From the NCBI RefSeq assembly GCF_003334765.1, contig NZ_QOWT01000040.1: a stretch of 31,100 nucleotides of DNA; one strand, 5' to 3'. Both the position numbers and the translations under genes were made by a program. Of this stretch, positions 18,402-30,999 are shown one piece after another. The notes beneath the pieces are model-generated. The model saw nothing but the letters and a program-made list of their open reading frames with translations. It was not told where the DNA came from and made no database searches. The DNA comes from Escherichia coli. Its GTDB lineage: Bacteria; Pseudomonadota; Gammaproteobacteria; Enterobacterales; Enterobacteriaceae. Each line of letters opens with the position of its first letter. The stretch's first letter is position 1.

Positions 18402-18884
18402 TTAAGGGGTAGTAATCACCACTGCGACGCGGCGGTTCTCGGCGCGGCCCTGGGCGGTCTTGTTACTGGCTATGGGATATTTTTTTCCTAAACCCTGTGT
18501 GGTGAGATTGCTGCGTGGAATTTGTCCACCCATAGCCCATGCATCGGCCACGACATTCGCCCGTTTCAATGATAAGCCTTCGTTGTAACTGTCTTCACCA
18601 TAGTTATCGGTGTGTCCATCCATACGGGCATGTGTTAGCCCTGTCGAGGCCAATTTAGCTGCCATGGTTTGGATCTGTTGCTGGCTTTCCGGGAGCAATT
18701 TGTAGTCATTTTTTGCGAACAGAATGGCATCTGATAAGCCCAGCGACCAGTCGCCGGCGGATTCAGTAAATCCATAAGATTGCATAGCGGCGACTTGCTC
18801 AGGAGTAAACTTTCCCTGAGGGGACTGGCAGCCAGTCAGTATTAGTGAGGTGAAAACCAGGGGTGCTACCAGGTGCTTTATCAT
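18402..18884 (-). CDS. yfiB: OmpA-family lipoprotein YfiB
   Basis: 160 aa. Lipobox LTGC and a C-terminal OmpA-like motif (NRRV). Confidence 0.92.
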   Translation of the reverse strand: MIKHLVAPLVFTSLILTGCQSPQGKFTPEQVAAMQSYGFTESAGDWSLGLSDAILFAKNDYKLLPESQQQIQTMAAKLASTGLTHARMDGHTDNYGEDSYNEGLSLKRANVVADAWAMGGQIPRSNLTTQGLGKKYPIASNKTAQGRAENRRVAVVITTP

Positions 18885-18899
18885 ATCGATATATCCTTG

Positions 18900-20126
18900 T
18901 TATCTCACCAGCTTTTCGGCACGCTGGTGTTTGGCCTGATACATATTGTGATCGGCAAGCTCTTGTAATTTTTCCGCAGAGGCGTGCTCAATGGTCATCG
19001 CGTAACCAATGCTTAATGTCATGGTGGTCTGATGGCCATTATGAAGATCAAACGGGAGATTAAAGATTTGTGTCAGTGCTGAACATATCTGCTGCACTTC
19101 AGATTCCGACTGTACATCATAGAGCACCATAGCGAATTCATCGCCGCCCAGGCGGTATGCTTTATGTCGCAGCCCGCCAAATTCAGCTAACCGTTTTGCG
19201 ATTTCAATCAAGACTCTATCGCCCGTCGCATGACCCCAGGTATCATTGATGTATTTGAAATTATCGCCATCAAGAAATAGTAACGCCGACGTTTTTCGGG
19301 CATCGGAATTGTTCATCAACGTGTTGATGCCGCTACGAAACGCTGCGCGGTTAGCCAGCCCGGTTAATGGGTCATGTAGCGCGGTACGTAGAAGCTGCGC
19401 ATTTTTAGCCTGTAAACGAAGCTGCCACTCTTCCATTTCATCCAGCAGACTGTTGAAGTCGAGAGCGAAGCGGTGAAACTCAGCGATACGTTCTTCCGAA
19501 ACTCGTCGGGAAAAATTGCGGTTGGAACGCACATCATGTACGACATCGGTGATATTTTTCAGCGCTTCTACCAGGCCATTGTGCAAATGGCGGGTGAGGG
19601 TAATTGCGATGCCTGATGCTAGCAGAATACAACCGGTCAGTACGGCGAGCGAAAACCAGATAAAATGGCTGATTGAACTGTCGCGAGCGGTTAAGCGTAC
19701 TTCGCCAATGGTTTCACCATTGTGACGAATCGGCTGAATGATGGGGGCAGGGAAGAGCCAGTGGCTTATGAAATTACTGAAAGTATCGCCTGGATCCTTA
19801 CGGGTGTAATGCCAGGATGCCAGAATATTTTGCTGCTTATCACGTACTTCTGCAGTTGAAAATTGCCCTTGCTGGCCCAGCGCTGCCAGTGTTTCAGTTG
19901 CTGCAGGGCCATCGGCAAAAACGACAGCTGCTTCCAGACTGTAAGTCATTGTTGCTGCTGTCAGTGCCAGGTTTTTTTGCGCGTACTGTTTCAGGGTCAG
20001 CACCGAGGTCACGGAAAGCAGCAACCAGATCAGCATCATAGTGATAAATATGCTGGTCATACTGATGTTGCGTAATGCTCTTTTAAACGTGGGGCGCTTA
20101 TTAAGAGAATTATCGTTATCCATCAT
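18900..20126 (-). CDS. dgcN: membrane diguanylate cyclase DgcN (YfiN)
   Basis: 408 aa with two TM segments, a HAMP-like region and a GGDEF motif in [10 protein letters not shown]. Confidence 0.92.
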
Positions 20127-20634
20127 TTTTCTTCCGTGCGAGCATTAAGACATCCGGGTTGACCTTTACACCGCTACGCGATAAGGCATCCAGGTTTACG
20201 GCAAATCTGACGTCATTATTGTGGATGATCAGACAAAAGGCGCTACCAATAATGCACTCGGTATTTTGTTCGGCAATTAATAATAACGCCTTTGACGGAT
20301 ATTGTTCGGTTAATTCCATCTGGAATGTCGGTGACTCGTTGCCAAAATAAAAACCATTGCAGCCTGAAATCATCGCCTCTTGTTGAGTGTGAATGATGAC
20401 AGGCAGATAAGGCAAAGATGTCGCGGCATTCTCTTGTAGGGCGGTACTAAAACGTGAAGATGAAAAGATACATAACTTTGGTGGCCCTGATAGCGCAGGC
20501 CAGCGGGTGTAACTGACAATACCGGAAACCATCATACGCACGTTTTTCGCAACGTCAGAAGGCTCCTGAGCGAGTATTGGTGCTCCCGTCAGCAGGAGAA
20601 TCAGAAGTAAGAACAGTCGGTGAGAAAAACGCAT
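20116..20634 (-). CDS. yfiR: periplasmic DgcN repressor YfiR
   Basis: 172 aa. Signal peptide [24 protein letters not shown]. The stop overlaps the dgcN start by 11 nt. Confidence 0.9.
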
Positions 20635-20783
20635 TCAGGGATCCCCACCATCTTCGCTCGAAATGCATCGATATTTTTTCAGAATGCTCATTAAAATATC
20701 ATTTTTTCATGCGACCGTCATCAATGTGAGAAATAAAACACAATGAGTAAAATCTTATGTTTAATTTATTTGTGGGGTTTTAA

Positions 20784-21149
20784 TTAATTTAATCGTATTG
20801 TGCTGGCATTTTCATCAGCCCCTTTTTGCCATACTTCATGCAGTTGGCTGGCATTTTCAACATTGTTGCAGCTGGCAGGAAAGCTTTTACCGGAAAGTCC
20901 TCGGGCATAAGTAAAATCGGTCTGGCAAGTTTTCTTTTGTCCTTCGGCATATCCTTTAAGGTATAGACCGCGATCCGCCTGTGAATCGCTAAATGCATCG
21001 TCATCTTTTATGGCGCTGCCCGATATCGCATCTTCCATACCGACATCATACCAGTCGGTGCTGGTCAAGGTTGGCGCGTGAGTATAAGGATCAATCTGAC
21101 ATCCGCTAACCAGTAAAGCCAACAAGGGGGCGATAAACTTTTTCATCAT
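20784..21149 (-). CDS. yfiL: lipoprotein YfiL (121 aa from ATG 21149)
   Basis: MMKKFIAPLLALLVSGCQ carries a lipobox. The ORF-track start at 21188 adds 13 aa that precede the signal peptide. Confidence 0.8.
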   Translation of the reverse strand: MMKKFIAPLLALLVSGCQIDPYTHAPTLTSTDWYDVGMEDAISGSAIKDDDAFSDSQADRGLYLKGYAEGQKKTCQTDFTYARGLSGKSFPASCNNVENASQLHEVWQKGADENASTIRLN

Positions 21150-21246
21150 TTCTTTCTCCTTTTTCAAAGCATAGCGGATTGTTTTCAAAGGGAGTGTAAA
21201 TTTATATATACAGAGGTAAGGGTTGAAAGCGCGACTAAATTGCCTG

Positions 21247-21287
21247 TGTAAATAAAAATGTACGAAATATGGATTGAAAACTTTACT
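21247..21287 (+). promoter_or_regulatory. two TyrR boxes in the aroF promoter
   Basis: TGTAAATAAAAATGTACG (21247-21264) and TGGATTGAAAACTTTACT (21270-21287) resemble the TyrR box TGTAAA-N6-TTTACA. Confidence 0.65.
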
Positions 21288-21358
21288 TTATGTGTTATCG
21301 TTACGTCATCCTCGCTGAGGATCAACTATCGCAAACGAGCATAAACAGGATCGCCATC

Positions 21359-22429
21359 ATGCAAAAAGACGCGCTGAATAACGTACATATTACCGACGAA
21401 CAGGTTTTAATGACTCCGGAACAACTGAAGGCCGCTTTTCCATTGAGCCTGCAACAAGAAGCCCAGATTGCTGACTCGCGTAAAAGCATTTCAGATATTA
21501 TCGCCGGGCGCGATCCTCGTCTGCTGGTAGTATGTGGTCCTTGTTCCATTCATGATCCGGAAACTGCTCTGGAATATGCTCGTCGATTTAAAGCCCTTGC
21601 CGCAGAGGTCAGCGATAGCCTCTATCTGGTAATGCGCGTCTATTTTGAAAAACCCCGTACCACTGTCGGCTGGAAAGGGTTAATTAACGATCCCCATATG
21701 GATGGCTCTTTTGATGTAGAAGCCGGGCTGCAGATCGCGCGTAAATTGCTGCTTGAGCTGGTGAATATGGGACTGCCACTGGCGACGGAAGCGTTAGATC
21801 CGAATAGCCCGCAATACCTGGGCGATCTGTTTAGCTGGTCAGCAATTGGTGCTCGTACAACGGAATCGCAAACTCACCGTGAAATGGCCTCCGGGCTTTC
21901 CATGCCGGTTGGTTTTAAAAACGGCACCGACGGCAGTCTGGCAACAGCAATTAACGCTATGCGCGCCGCCGCCCAGCCGCACCGTTTTGTTGGCATTAAC
22001 CAGGCAGGGCAGGTTGCGTTGCTACAAACTCAGGGGAATCCGGACGGCCATGTGATCCTGCGCGGTGGTAAAGCGCCGAACTATAGCCCTGCGGATGTTG
22101 CGCAATGTGAAAAAGAGATGGAACAGGCGGGACTGCGCCCGTCTCTGATGGTAGATTGCAGCCACGGTAATTCCAATAAAGATTATCGCCGTCAGCCTGC
22201 GGTGGCAGAATCCGTGGTTGCTCAAATCAAAGATGGCAATCGCTCAATTATTGGTCTGATGATCGAAAGTAATATCCACGAGGGCAATCAGTCTTCCGAG
22301 CAACCGCGCAGTGAAATGAAATACGGTGTATCCGTAACCGATGCCTGCATTAGCTGGGAAATGACCGATGCCTTGCTGCGTGAAATTCATCAGGATCTGA
22401 ACGGGCAGCTGACGGCTCGCGTGGCTTAA
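21359..22429 (+). CDS. aroF: DAHP synthase, Tyr-sensitive (AroF), 356 aa
   Basis: [42 protein letters not shown]..., recognised. The ORF-track start at 21290 is an upstream extension. Confidence 0.95.
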   Translation: MQKDALNNVHITDEQVLMTPEQLKAAFPLSLQQEAQIADSRKSISDIIAGRDPRLLVVCGPCSIHDPETALEYARRFKALAAEVSDSLYLVMRVYFEKPRTTVGWKGLINDPHMDGSFDVEAGLQIARKLLLELVNMGLPLATEALDPNSPQYLGDLFSWSAIGARTTESQTHREMASGLSMPVGFKNGTDGSLATAINAMRAAAQPHRFVGINQAGQVALLQTQGNPDGHVILRGGKAPNYSPADVAQCEKEMEQAGLRPSLMVDCSHGNSNKDYRRQPAVAESVVAQIKDGNRSIIGLMIESNIHEGNQSSEQPRSEMKYGVSVTDACISWEMTDALLREIHQDLNGQLTARVA

Positions 22430-22439
22430 GAGGTTTATT

Positions 22440-23561
22440 ATGGTTGCTGAATTGACCGCATTACGCGATCAAATTGATGAAGTCGATAAAGCGCTGCTGA
22501 ATTTATTAGCGAAGCGTCTGGAACTGGTTGCTGAAGTGGGCGAGGTGAAAAGCCGCTTTGGACTGCCTATTTATGTTCCGGAGCGCGAGGCATCTATGTT
22601 GGCCTCGCGTCGTGCAGAGGCGGAAGCTCTGGGTGTACCGCCAGATCTGATTGAGGATGTTTTGCGTCGGGTGATGCGTGAATCTTACTCCAGTGAAAAC
22701 GACAAAGGATTTAAAACACTTTGTCCGTCACTGCGTCCGGTGGTTATCGTCGGCGGTGGCGGTCAGATGGGACGCCTGTTCGAGAAGATGCTGACCCTCT
22801 CGGGTTATCAGGTGCGGATTCTGGAGCAACATGACTGGGATCGAGCGGCTGATATTGTTGCCGATGCCGGAATGGTGATTGTTAGTGTGCCAATCCACGT
22901 TACTGAGCAAGTTATTGGCAAATTACCGCCTTTACCGAAAGATTGTATTCTGGTCGATCTGGCATCAGTGAAAAATGGGCCATTACAGGCCATGCTGGTG
23001 GCGCATGATGGTCCGGTGCTGGGGCTACACCCGATGTTCGGTCCGGACAGCGGTAGCCTGGCAAAGCAAGTTGTGGTCTGGTGTGATGGACGTAAACCGG
23101 AAGCATACCAATGGTTTCTGGAGCAAATTCAGGTCTGGGGCGCTCGGCTGCATCGTATTAGCGCCGTCGAGCACGATCAGAATATGGCGTTTATTCAGGC
23201 ACTGCGCCACTTTGCTACTTTTGCTTACGGGCTGCACCTGGCAGAAGAAAATGTTCAGCTTGAGCAACTTCTGGCGCTCTCTTCGCCGATTTACCGCCTT
23301 GAGCTGGCGATGGTCGGGCGACTGTTTGCTCAGGATCCGCAGCTTTATGCCGACATCATTATGTCGTCAGAGCGTAATCTGGCGTTAATCAAACGTTACT
23401 ATAAGCGTTTCGGCGAGGCGATTGAGTTGCTGGAGCAGGGCGATAAGCAGGCGTTTATTGACAGTTTCCGCAAGGTGGAGCACTGGTTCGGCGATTACGC
23501 ACAGCGTTTTCAGAGTGAAAGCCGCGTGTTATTGCGTCAGGCGAATGACAATCGCCAGTAA
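22440..23561 (+). CDS. tyrA: chorismate mutase / prephenate dehydrogenase TyrA
   Basis: 373 aa beginning [34 protein letters not shown].... Rossmann motif VGGGGQMG. Confidence 0.96.
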   Translation: MVAELTALRDQIDEVDKALLNLLAKRLELVAEVGEVKSRFGLPIYVPEREASMLASRRAEAEALGVPPDLIEDVLRRVMRESYSSENDKGFKTLCPSLRPVVIVGGGGQMGRLFEKMLTLSGYQVRILEQHDWDRAADIVADAGMVIVSVPIHVTEQVIGKLPPLPKDCILVDLASVKNGPLQAMLVAHDGPVLGLHPMFGPDSGSLAKQVVVWCDGRKPEAYQWFLEQIQVWGARLHRISAVEHDQNMAFIQALRHFATFAYGLHLAEENVQLEQLLALSSPIYRLELAMVGRLFAQDPQLYADIIMSSERNLALIKRYYKRFGEAIELLEQGDKQAFIDSFRKVEHWFGDYAQRFQSESRVLLRQANDNRQ

Positions 23562-23568
23562 TAATCCA

Positions 23569-23600
23569 GTGCCGGATGATTCACATCATCCGGCACCTTT
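23569..23600. terminator. terminator shared by convergent tyrA and pheA
   Basis: 12-bp perfect stem GTGCCGGATGAT (23569-23580) / ATCATCCGGCAC (23585-23596), followed by CTTTTC on the + strand. Confidence 0.8.
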
Positions 23601-23603
23601 TCA

Positions 23604-24764
23604 TCAGGTTGGATCAACAGGCACTACGTTCTCACTTGGGTAACAGCCCAATACCTTCATTGAACGGGTGATTTCCCCTAACTCTTTCAATGCTTTTTGC
23701 ATTTCCGCTGATTCAAGATTGGCCTGAATATCCAGATAGAACATCTCTTCCCATGGATTACCGTGAATCGGGCGTGATTCCAGACGGGTCATAATCAGAT
23801 TGTGGTTGCGCAGTACCAGCAACGCTTCAACCAGCGCACCGGCTTGTTGCCCGGTCGCCATTAACAACGTGGTTTTCGCCGGAACCTGATCAGACACGTT
23901 AATGGCTTTACGCGCCAACACCACAAATCGGGTGAAGTTTTGTCGCTGATTTGCTTCAATACGCTCCAGTACCTGCAAACCGTACAAAGTGCCGCCAGCT
24001 TCGCTTCCCAACGCAGCAACATGCGGTGATTTTGCCTGTGCAACCTTTTCCATTGCCGCAGACGTACTTTCGGTATATTCAATCTTCCAGTGCGGATAAC
24101 GATTAAGGAATTTGCTGCATTGCTGGAATGGCTGCGGATGGCTGTAGACCGTATTGATGGTGGATAAATCAGTAGTGCCGGAGACCAACAAACAATGGTC
24201 GATAGTTAACGTCATCTCGCCAACAATCGACAAGCTGGTATGTTGCAGCAGATCGTAAACGTCGTTTATGGCACCGGAGCTGGTATTTTCAATCGGTACG
24301 ACGGCATAGTCGGCCTGGCCGGTTTCCACCTGATTAAAAATATCGGCAAATTTGGCGCAGCCACTTTCAATGAATTGCTCAAAGTGACGGGCAGCATACT
24401 GGCGCGCCGCAAGATGGGAATAAGAACCTTTGGGGCCGAGAAAAGCGATGCGTGCTGAGTGCGGATTAATTTTATTGAGATGTTGTTGGAGCAAAGCCTG
24501 CTGAGTTAATACGGAATCTTCAATGATGAGCTGGAACAGGCGAGTAATGTAATGGGCGTCCAGATGGTGCGCTTTACCGAGCGTAATTAATCTTTCCAGC
24601 AAATCGCGTTCACGATCAATATCACGTACCGGGCGATGCGAGAGCAGTTTGGCTTTTCCCACCTCGACGGCCAGTTCGCGCCGTTCTGCCAGTAACGCTA
24701 ATAATTTTTCATCCAGCGCGCTGATTTTCTCTCGCAGCGCCAGTAACGGGTTTTCCGATGTCAT
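23604..24764 (-). CDS. pheA: chorismate mutase / prephenate dehydratase PheA
   Basis: 386 aa beginning [36 protein letters not shown]..., recognised. Confidence 0.96.
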
Positions 24765-24786
24765 AGTGTTGCCTTTTTGTTATCAA

Positions 24787-24816
24787 TAAAAAAGGCCCCC
24801 CGATTTGGGAGGCCTT
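24787..24816 (-). terminator. pheA attenuator terminator
   Basis: The minus strand reads AAGGCCTCCCAAATCGGGGGGCCTTTTTT, between pheL and pheA. Confidence 0.85.
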
Positions 24817-24862
24817 ATTGTTCGTCTTCGCATTCTGTTTCACACGACGAAACGCCTCCCAT

Positions 24863-24910
24863 TCAGGGGAAGGTAAAAAAGAATGCGAAGAAAAACGGTA
24901 TGTGTTTCAT
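24863..24910 (-). CDS. pheL: pheA leader peptide PheL (15 aa, [15 protein letters not shown])
   Basis: The minus strand reads ATGAAACACATACCGTTTTTCTTCGCATTCTTTTTTACCTTCCCCTGA, with 7 Phe codons out of 15. Confidence 0.95.
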
Positions 24911-24964
24911 GTTTGTTTCCTTAAGTGACTTTAGTACAGTACCCGTACTGTTTTCACGCTGTCA

Positions 24965-24990
24965 ACAAAAAACGCGCCCGAAGGCGCGTT
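24965..24990 (-). terminator. raiA terminator
   Basis: Stem AACGCGCC / GGCGCGTT with a CGAA loop. On the minus strand it is followed by TTTTTT. Confidence 0.8.
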
Positions 24991-25013
24991 GGCGATACAC
25001 TCAATATAAAGGA

Positions 25014-25409
<396 letters not shown>

Positions 25410-25578
25410 TCAAAATGTGTGATGAAAATCTCATAATTTTGTCACTTTTTGTCAACGAATCTTTTTTGTGAGAAATCGCAGGAAGAGATGTTTTTTTACT
25501 TGAGGAATATCTCAAAGCGAGCCATATTTGATGAGATCGATAGCGACTAAATCGCTTCAGTTTCACAACTGACAGAAT

Positions 25579-25611
25579 AAAAAAACGGCAGCTCAAGGGC
25601 TGCCGTTTTGT
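25579..25611 (-). terminator. bamD terminator
   Basis: Stem ACGGCAGC (25585-25592) / GCTGCCGT (25599-25606). On the minus strand it is followed by a T-run. Confidence 0.8.
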
Positions 25612-25625
25612 GTTTCAGGTTTCTG

Positions 25626-26363
25626 TTATGTATTGCTGCTGTTTGCGGCGATGATTTTCGCTACTTTTTCAGCTTGCGCATTCATCTGCATCTGACGGTA
25701 TGCATTTTCCATCAGCGGCAGCGCATCACGCGTAGCCTGGGTATCCGGGTAGTCGCGCAACATGCCTTCTACGCGGTTAACGACGGCAACCCATGCGCCA
25801 CGTTCTGTATAGTACTCGGCCACGGAGTATTCATATTTCGCCAGACGATCTTTCAGGAATACCAGACGTTTGGTGGCATCGGTGGTGTACTGACTGTTCG
25901 GATAGCCGCGCACCAGTTTGGAAAAGTCACTAAACGCAGCTCGTGCATGTTGAGGATCGCGATCGCTACGATCGACGCCAAAGAACCCTTGCAGCGCACT
26001 GTCATCCAGCGCCATATTGGTCAGGCCACGCATGTACATGACATAATCGATATTCGGATGGGTCGGGTTAAGGCGAATAAAACGATCGATGGCAGCCTGT
26101 GCTAACGGCAAATCGGCGTTTTTATAGTAGGCGTAGATGAGATCCAGCTGCACCTGCTGCGAATACGGACCAAACGGATAGCGATTATCTAACGCTTCCA
26201 GTTGCGTTATTGCCTGTCTCCAGTTACCGTCCTGCAGCTTTTGTTGTGCAGTCGCGTAAATTTCATTTGGCGGATTATCAGGTACTTCTTCCTTTGACCC
26301 CGAGCAACCCGCCAAAAACAGGCTTAGTGTGGCGGCTGCCACCAGATATTTCATGCGCGTCAT
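25626..26363 (-). CDS. bamD: outer membrane protein assembly lipoprotein BamD (YfiO)
   Basis: 245 aa. Lipobox LAGCS and TPR-like repeats. N-terminus [26 protein letters not shown] recognised. Confidence 0.96.
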
Positions 26364-26497
26364 GACGTTTTGACTTTCCTCAAAATGTAATACGGGAGAT
26401 TCTCTGTTCCTGCTCCCGGTTAAGACCAGCTACAATAGCACACTATATTAAACGGCAAAGCCGTAAAACCCCAACGATAAACGAAGAAGCAGTATAT

Positions 26498-27478
26498 ATG
26501 GCACAACGAGTACAGCTCACTGCAACGGTGTCCGAAAACCAACTCGGTCAACGCTTAGATCAGGCTTTGGCCGAAATGTTCCCGGATTATTCACGTTCGC
26601 GAATAAAAGAATGGATCCTCGACCAGCGAGTGCTGGTTAACGGCAAAGTTTGTGATAAGCCGAAAGAAAAAGTATTGGGTGGCGAGCAGGTTGCCATCAA
26701 CGCTGAGATTGAAGAAGAAGCGCGTTTTGAACCGCAGGATATCCCGCTGGATATCGTCTATGAAGATGAAGACATTATTATCATTAATAAACCGCGCGAC
26801 CTGGTGGTACATCCTGGCGCGGGTAACCCGGATGGCACGGTACTGAATGCGTTGCTTCATTACTATCCACCCATTGCCGATGTACCGCGTGCGGGCATCG
26901 TCCATCGTCTGGATAAAGACACCACTGGCCTGATGGTTGTGGCAAAAACCGTTCCGGCTCAGACGCGTTTAGTCGAATCTTTGCAACGGCGTGAAATTAC
27001 TCGTGAGTATGAAGCGGTGGCGATTGGTCATATGACCGCAGGTGGCACGGTGGACGAGCCAATCAGTCGCCACCCGACCAAACGTACCCATATGGCGGTG
27101 CATCCGATGGGCAAACCAGCGGTGACTCACTATCGCATCATGGAACACTTCCGTGTGCACACGCGTCTGCGGTTGCGTCTGGAAACTGGACGTACGCACC
27201 AGATCCGCGTGCATATGGCCCATATCACTCATCCGCTGGTGGGCGATCCGGTTTATGGTGGCCGTCCGCGTCCGCCAAAAGGTGCTTCGGAAGCATTTAT
27301 CTCCACGCTGCGTAAGTTTGACCGCCAGGCGCTACATGCAACCATGCTGCGTCTTTATCACCCGATCTCCGGCATCGAAATGGAATGGCATGCGCCTATT
27401 CCACAAGATATGGTGGAGCTGATTGAGGTGATGCGCGCCGATTTCGAAGAACATAAGGATGAAGTGGACTGGTTATGA
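26498..27478 (+). CDS. rluD: 23S rRNA pseudouridine synthase RluD
   Basis: 326 aa. S4 domain at the N-terminus and the RluA-family catalytic motif HRLDKDTTG. Confidence 0.96.
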   Translation: MAQRVQLTATVSENQLGQRLDQALAEMFPDYSRSRIKEWILDQRVLVNGKVCDKPKEKVLGGEQVAINAEIEEEARFEPQDIPLDIVYEDEDIIIINKPRDLVVHPGAGNPDGTVLNALLHYYPPIADVPRAGIVHRLDKDTTGLMVVAKTVPAQTRLVESLQRREITREYEAVAIGHMTAGGTVDEPISRHPTKRTHMAVHPMGKPAVTHYRIMEHFRVHTRLRLRLETGRTHQIRVHMAHITHPLVGDPVYGGRPRPPKGASEAFISTLRKFDRQALHATMLRLYHPISGIEMEWHAPIPQDMVELIEVMRADFEEHKDEVDWL

Positions 27479-28206
27479 GTAAGCTGATTGTCCCGCAGTG
27501 GCCGCAGCCAAAAGGTGTTGCGGCCTGTAGCTCCACTCGTATCGGCGGCGTGAGCTTGCCCCCGTATGACTCACTCAACCTCGGTGCCCATTGTGGCGAT
27601 AACCCGGATCACGTTGAGGAGAATCGCAAGCGACTTTTTGCTGCGGGCAATTTGCCTTCTAAACCGGTCTGGCTTGAGCAGGTACACGGCAAAGATGTGC
27701 TTAAGCTCACTGGCGAACCTTATGCCTCAAAACGGGCGGATGCCTCTTATAGCAATACGCCCGGCACGGTTTGCGCAGTGATGACTGCCGACTGCCTCCC
27801 TGTGCTGTTTTGCAATCGAGCGGGAACGGAAGTCGCCGCCGCTCATGCTGGCTGGCGTGGACTGTGCGCAGGCGTGCTGGAAGAGACGGTTTCCTGTTTT
27901 GCTGATAATCCGGAAAATATTCTCGCCTGGTTAGGGCCGGCAATTGGTCCACGCGCGTTCGAAGTGGGGGGGGAGGTTCGCGAGGCGTTTATGGCAGTAG
28001 ACGCTAAAGCAAGTGCAGCTTTCATTCAGCATGGTGATAAGTATCTGGCGGATATTTATCAGCTTGCCCGGCAGCGTCTGGCGAACGTGGGTGTTGAGCA
28101 AATTTTCGGCGGCGACCGTTGTACATATACGGAAAATGAGACTTTCTTCTCTTATCGTCGCGACAAGACCACCGGTCGTATGGCAAGTTTCATTTGGCTG
28201 ATATAA
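27475..28206 (+). CDS. pgeF: YfiH/PgeF (DUF152 laccase-like / peptidoglycan editing factor)
   Basis: 243 aa beginning MSKLIVPQWPQPKGVAACSSTRIGGVS.... Its ATG overlaps the rluD stop (ATGA). Confidence 0.92.
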   Translation: MSKLIVPQWPQPKGVAACSSTRIGGVSLPPYDSLNLGAHCGDNPDHVEENRKRLFAAGNLPSKPVWLEQVHGKDVLKLTGEPYASKRADASYSNTPGTVCAVMTADCLPVLFCNRAGTEVAAAHAGWRGLCAGVLEETVSCFADNPENILAWLGPAIGPRAFEVGGEVREAFMAVDAKASAAFIQHGDKYLADIYQLARQRLANVGVEQIFGGDRCTYTENETFFSYRRDKTTGRMASFIWLI

Positions 28207-28267
28207 CCTAAAGAATCAAGACGATCCGGTACGCGTGATTTTCTTTTCACATTAATCTGGTCAATAA

Positions 28268-28298
28268 CCTTGAATAATTGAGGGATGACCTCATTTAA
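28268..28298 (+). promoter_or_regulatory. sigma32 heat-shock promoter of clpB
   Basis: CCTTGAA (28268-28274), 14 nt, CCTCATTTA (28289-28297). This resembles the sigma32 consensus. Confidence 0.65.
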
Positions 28299-28335
28299 TC
28301 TCCAGTAGCAACTTTGATCCGTTATGGGAGGAGTT

Positions 28336-30909
28336 ATGCGTCTGGATCGTCTTACTAATAAATTCCAGCTTGCTCTTGCCGATGCCCAATCACTTGCACT
28401 CGGGCACGACAACCAATTTATCGAACCACTTCATTTAATGAGCGCCCTGCTGAATCAGGAAGGGGGTTCGGTTAGTCCTTTATTAACATCCGCTGGCATA
28501 AATGCTGGCCAGTTGCGCACAGATATCAATCAGGCATTAAATCGTTTACCGCAGGTTGAAGGTACTGGTGGTGATGTCCAGCCATCACAGGATCTGGTGC
28601 GCGTTCTTAATCTTTGCGACAAGCTGGCGCAAAAACGTGGTGATAACTTTATCTCGTCAGAACTGTTCGTTCTGGCGGCACTTGAGTCTCGCGGCACGCT
28701 GGCCGACATCCTGAAAGCAGCAGGGGCGACCACCGCCAACATTACTCAAGCGATTGAACAAATGCGTGGAGGTGAAAGCGTGAACGATCAAGGTGCTGAA
28801 GACCAACGTCAGGCTTTGAAAAAATATACCATCGACCTTACCGAACGAGCCGAACAGGGCAAACTCGATCCGGTGATTGGTCGTGATGAAGAAATTCGCC
28901 GTACCATTCAGGTGCTGCAACGTCGTACTAAAAATAACCCGGTACTGATTGGTGAACCCGGCGTCGGTAAAACTGCCATCGTTGAAGGTCTGGCGCAGCG
29001 TATTATCAACGGCGAAGTGCCGGAAGGGTTGAAAGGCCGCCGGGTACTGGCGCTGGATATGGGCGCGCTGGTGGCTGGGGCGAAATATCGCGGTGAGTTT
29101 GAAGAACGTTTAAAAGGCGTGCTTAACGATCTTGCCAAACAGGAAGGCAACGTCATCCTATTTATCGACGAATTACATACCATGGTCGGCGCGGGTAAAG
29201 CCGATGGCGCAATGGACGCCGGAAACATGCTGAAACCGGCGCTGGCGCGTGGTGAATTGCACTGCGTAGGTGCCACGACGCTTGACGAATATCGCCAGTA
29301 CATTGAAAAAGATGCTGCGCTGGAACGTCGTTTCCAGAAAGTGTTTGTTGCCGAGCCTTCTGTTGAAGATACCATTGCGATTCTGCGTGGCCTGAAAGAA
29401 CGTTACGAATTGCACCACCATGTGCAAATTACTGACCCGGCAATTGTTGCAGCGGCGACGTTGTCTCATCGCTACATTGCTGACCGTCAGCTGCCGGATA
29501 AAGCCATCGACCTGATCGATGAAGCAGCATCCAGCATTCGTATGCAGATTGACTCAAAACCAGAAGAACTCGACCGACTCGATCGTCGTATCATCCAGCT
29601 CAAACTGGAACAACAGGCGTTAATGAAAGAGTCTGATGAAGCCAGTAAAAAACGTCTGGATATGCTCAACGAAGAACTGAGCGACAAAGAACGTCAGTAC
29701 TCCGAGTTAGAAGAAGAGTGGAAAGCAGAGAAGGCATCGCTTTCTGGTACGCAGACCATTAAAGCGGAACTGGAACAGGCGAAAATCGCTATTGAACAGG
29801 CTCGCCGTGTGGGGGACCTGGCGCGGATGTCTGAACTGCAATACGGCAAAATCCCGGAACTGGAAAAGCAACTGGAAGCCGCAACGCAGCTCGAAGGCAA
29901 AACTATGCGTCTGTTGCGTAATAAAGTGACCGACGCCGAAATTGCTGAAGTGCTGGCGCGTTGGACGGGGATTCCGGTTTCTCGCATGATGGAAAGCGAG
30001 CGCGAAAAACTGCTGCGTATGGAGCAAGAACTGCACCATCGCGTAATTGGTCAGAACGAAGCGGTTGATGCGGTATCTAACGCTATTCGTCGTAGCCGTG
30101 CGGGGCTGGCGGATCCAAATCGCCCGATTGGTTCATTCCTGTTCCTCGGCCCAACTGGTGTGGGGAAAACAGAGCTTTGTAAGGCGCTGGCGAACTTTAT
30201 GTTTGATAGCGACGAGGCGATGGTCCGTATCGATATGTCCGAGTTTATGGAGAAACACTCGGTGTCTCGTTTGGTTGGTGCGCCTCCGGGATATGTCGGT
30301 TATGAAGAAGGTGGCTACCTGACCGAAGCGGTGCGTCGTCGTCCGTATTCCGTCATCCTGCTGGATGAAGTGGAAAAAGCGCATCCGGATGTCTTCAACA
30401 TTCTGTTGCAGGTACTGGATGATGGGCGTCTGACTGACGGGCAAGGGAGAACGGTCGACTTCCGTAATACGGTCGTCATTATGACCTCTAACCTCGGTTC
30501 CGATCTGATTCAGGAACGCTTCGGTGAACTGGATTATGCGCACATGAAAGAGCTGGTGCTCGGTGTGGTAAGCCATAACTTCCGTCCGGAATTCATTAAC
30601 CGTATCGATGAAGTGGTGGTCTTCCATCCGCTGGGTGAACAGCACATTGCCTCGATTGCGCAGATTCAGTTGAAACGTCTGTACAAACGTCTGGAAGAAC
30701 GTGGTTATGAAATCCACATTTCTGACGAGGCGCTGAAACTGCTGAGCGAGAACGGTTACGATCCGGTCTATGGTGCACGTCCTCTGAAACGTGCAATTCA
30801 GCAGCAGATCGAAAACCCGCTGGCACAGCAAATACTGTCTGGTGAATTGGTTCCGGGTAAAGTGATTCGCCTGGAAGTTAATGAAGACCGGATTGTCGCC
30901 GTCCAGTAA
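28336..30909 (+). CDS. clpB: disaggregase chaperone ClpB (857 aa)
   Basis: [34 protein letters not shown].... Two AAA+ modules with Walker A motifs GEPGVGKT and GPTGVGKT. The start is ATG 28336, preceded by GGAGGAG. The ORF-track start at 28324 adds 4 aa. Confidence 0.97.
28768..28782 (+). other. clpB: internal Shine-Dalgarno + GTG (Val149) start of the short ClpB isoform
   Basis: GGAGGTG (28768-28774), 5 nt, then GTG 28780-28782 at codon 149. The known dual-start arrangement of E. coli clpB is established knowledge recalled from memory. Confidence 0.7.
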
Positions 30910-30915
30910 ATGATA

Positions 30916-30942
30916 AAACGAGCCCTTCGGGGCTCGTTTTTG
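30916..30942 (+). terminator. clpB terminator
   Basis: AACGAGCCC-TTCG-GGGCTCGTT hairpin followed by TTTT. Confidence 0.85.
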
Positions 30943-30999
30943 TCTATAAGTTAGACGGAAAAGACTATATTTAAGATGTTTTGCCTGAAAAGTGAGCGA

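Noticed and set aside
25608-26105. 165-aa + strand ORF opposite bamD
   Set aside because: Antisense shadow of bamD.
28207-28335. Possible small RNA in the yfiH-clpB intergenic region. I vaguely recall RyfD being annotated near clpB in K-12.
   Set aside because: I cannot recall its sequence or ends well enough to place it. The interval is adequately explained by the clpB sigma32 promoter and 5' UTR.
28530-30831. Multiple minus-strand ORFs (up to 232 aa) opposite clpB
   Set aside because: Antisense shadows of clpB, as is usual for a long GC-balanced gene.
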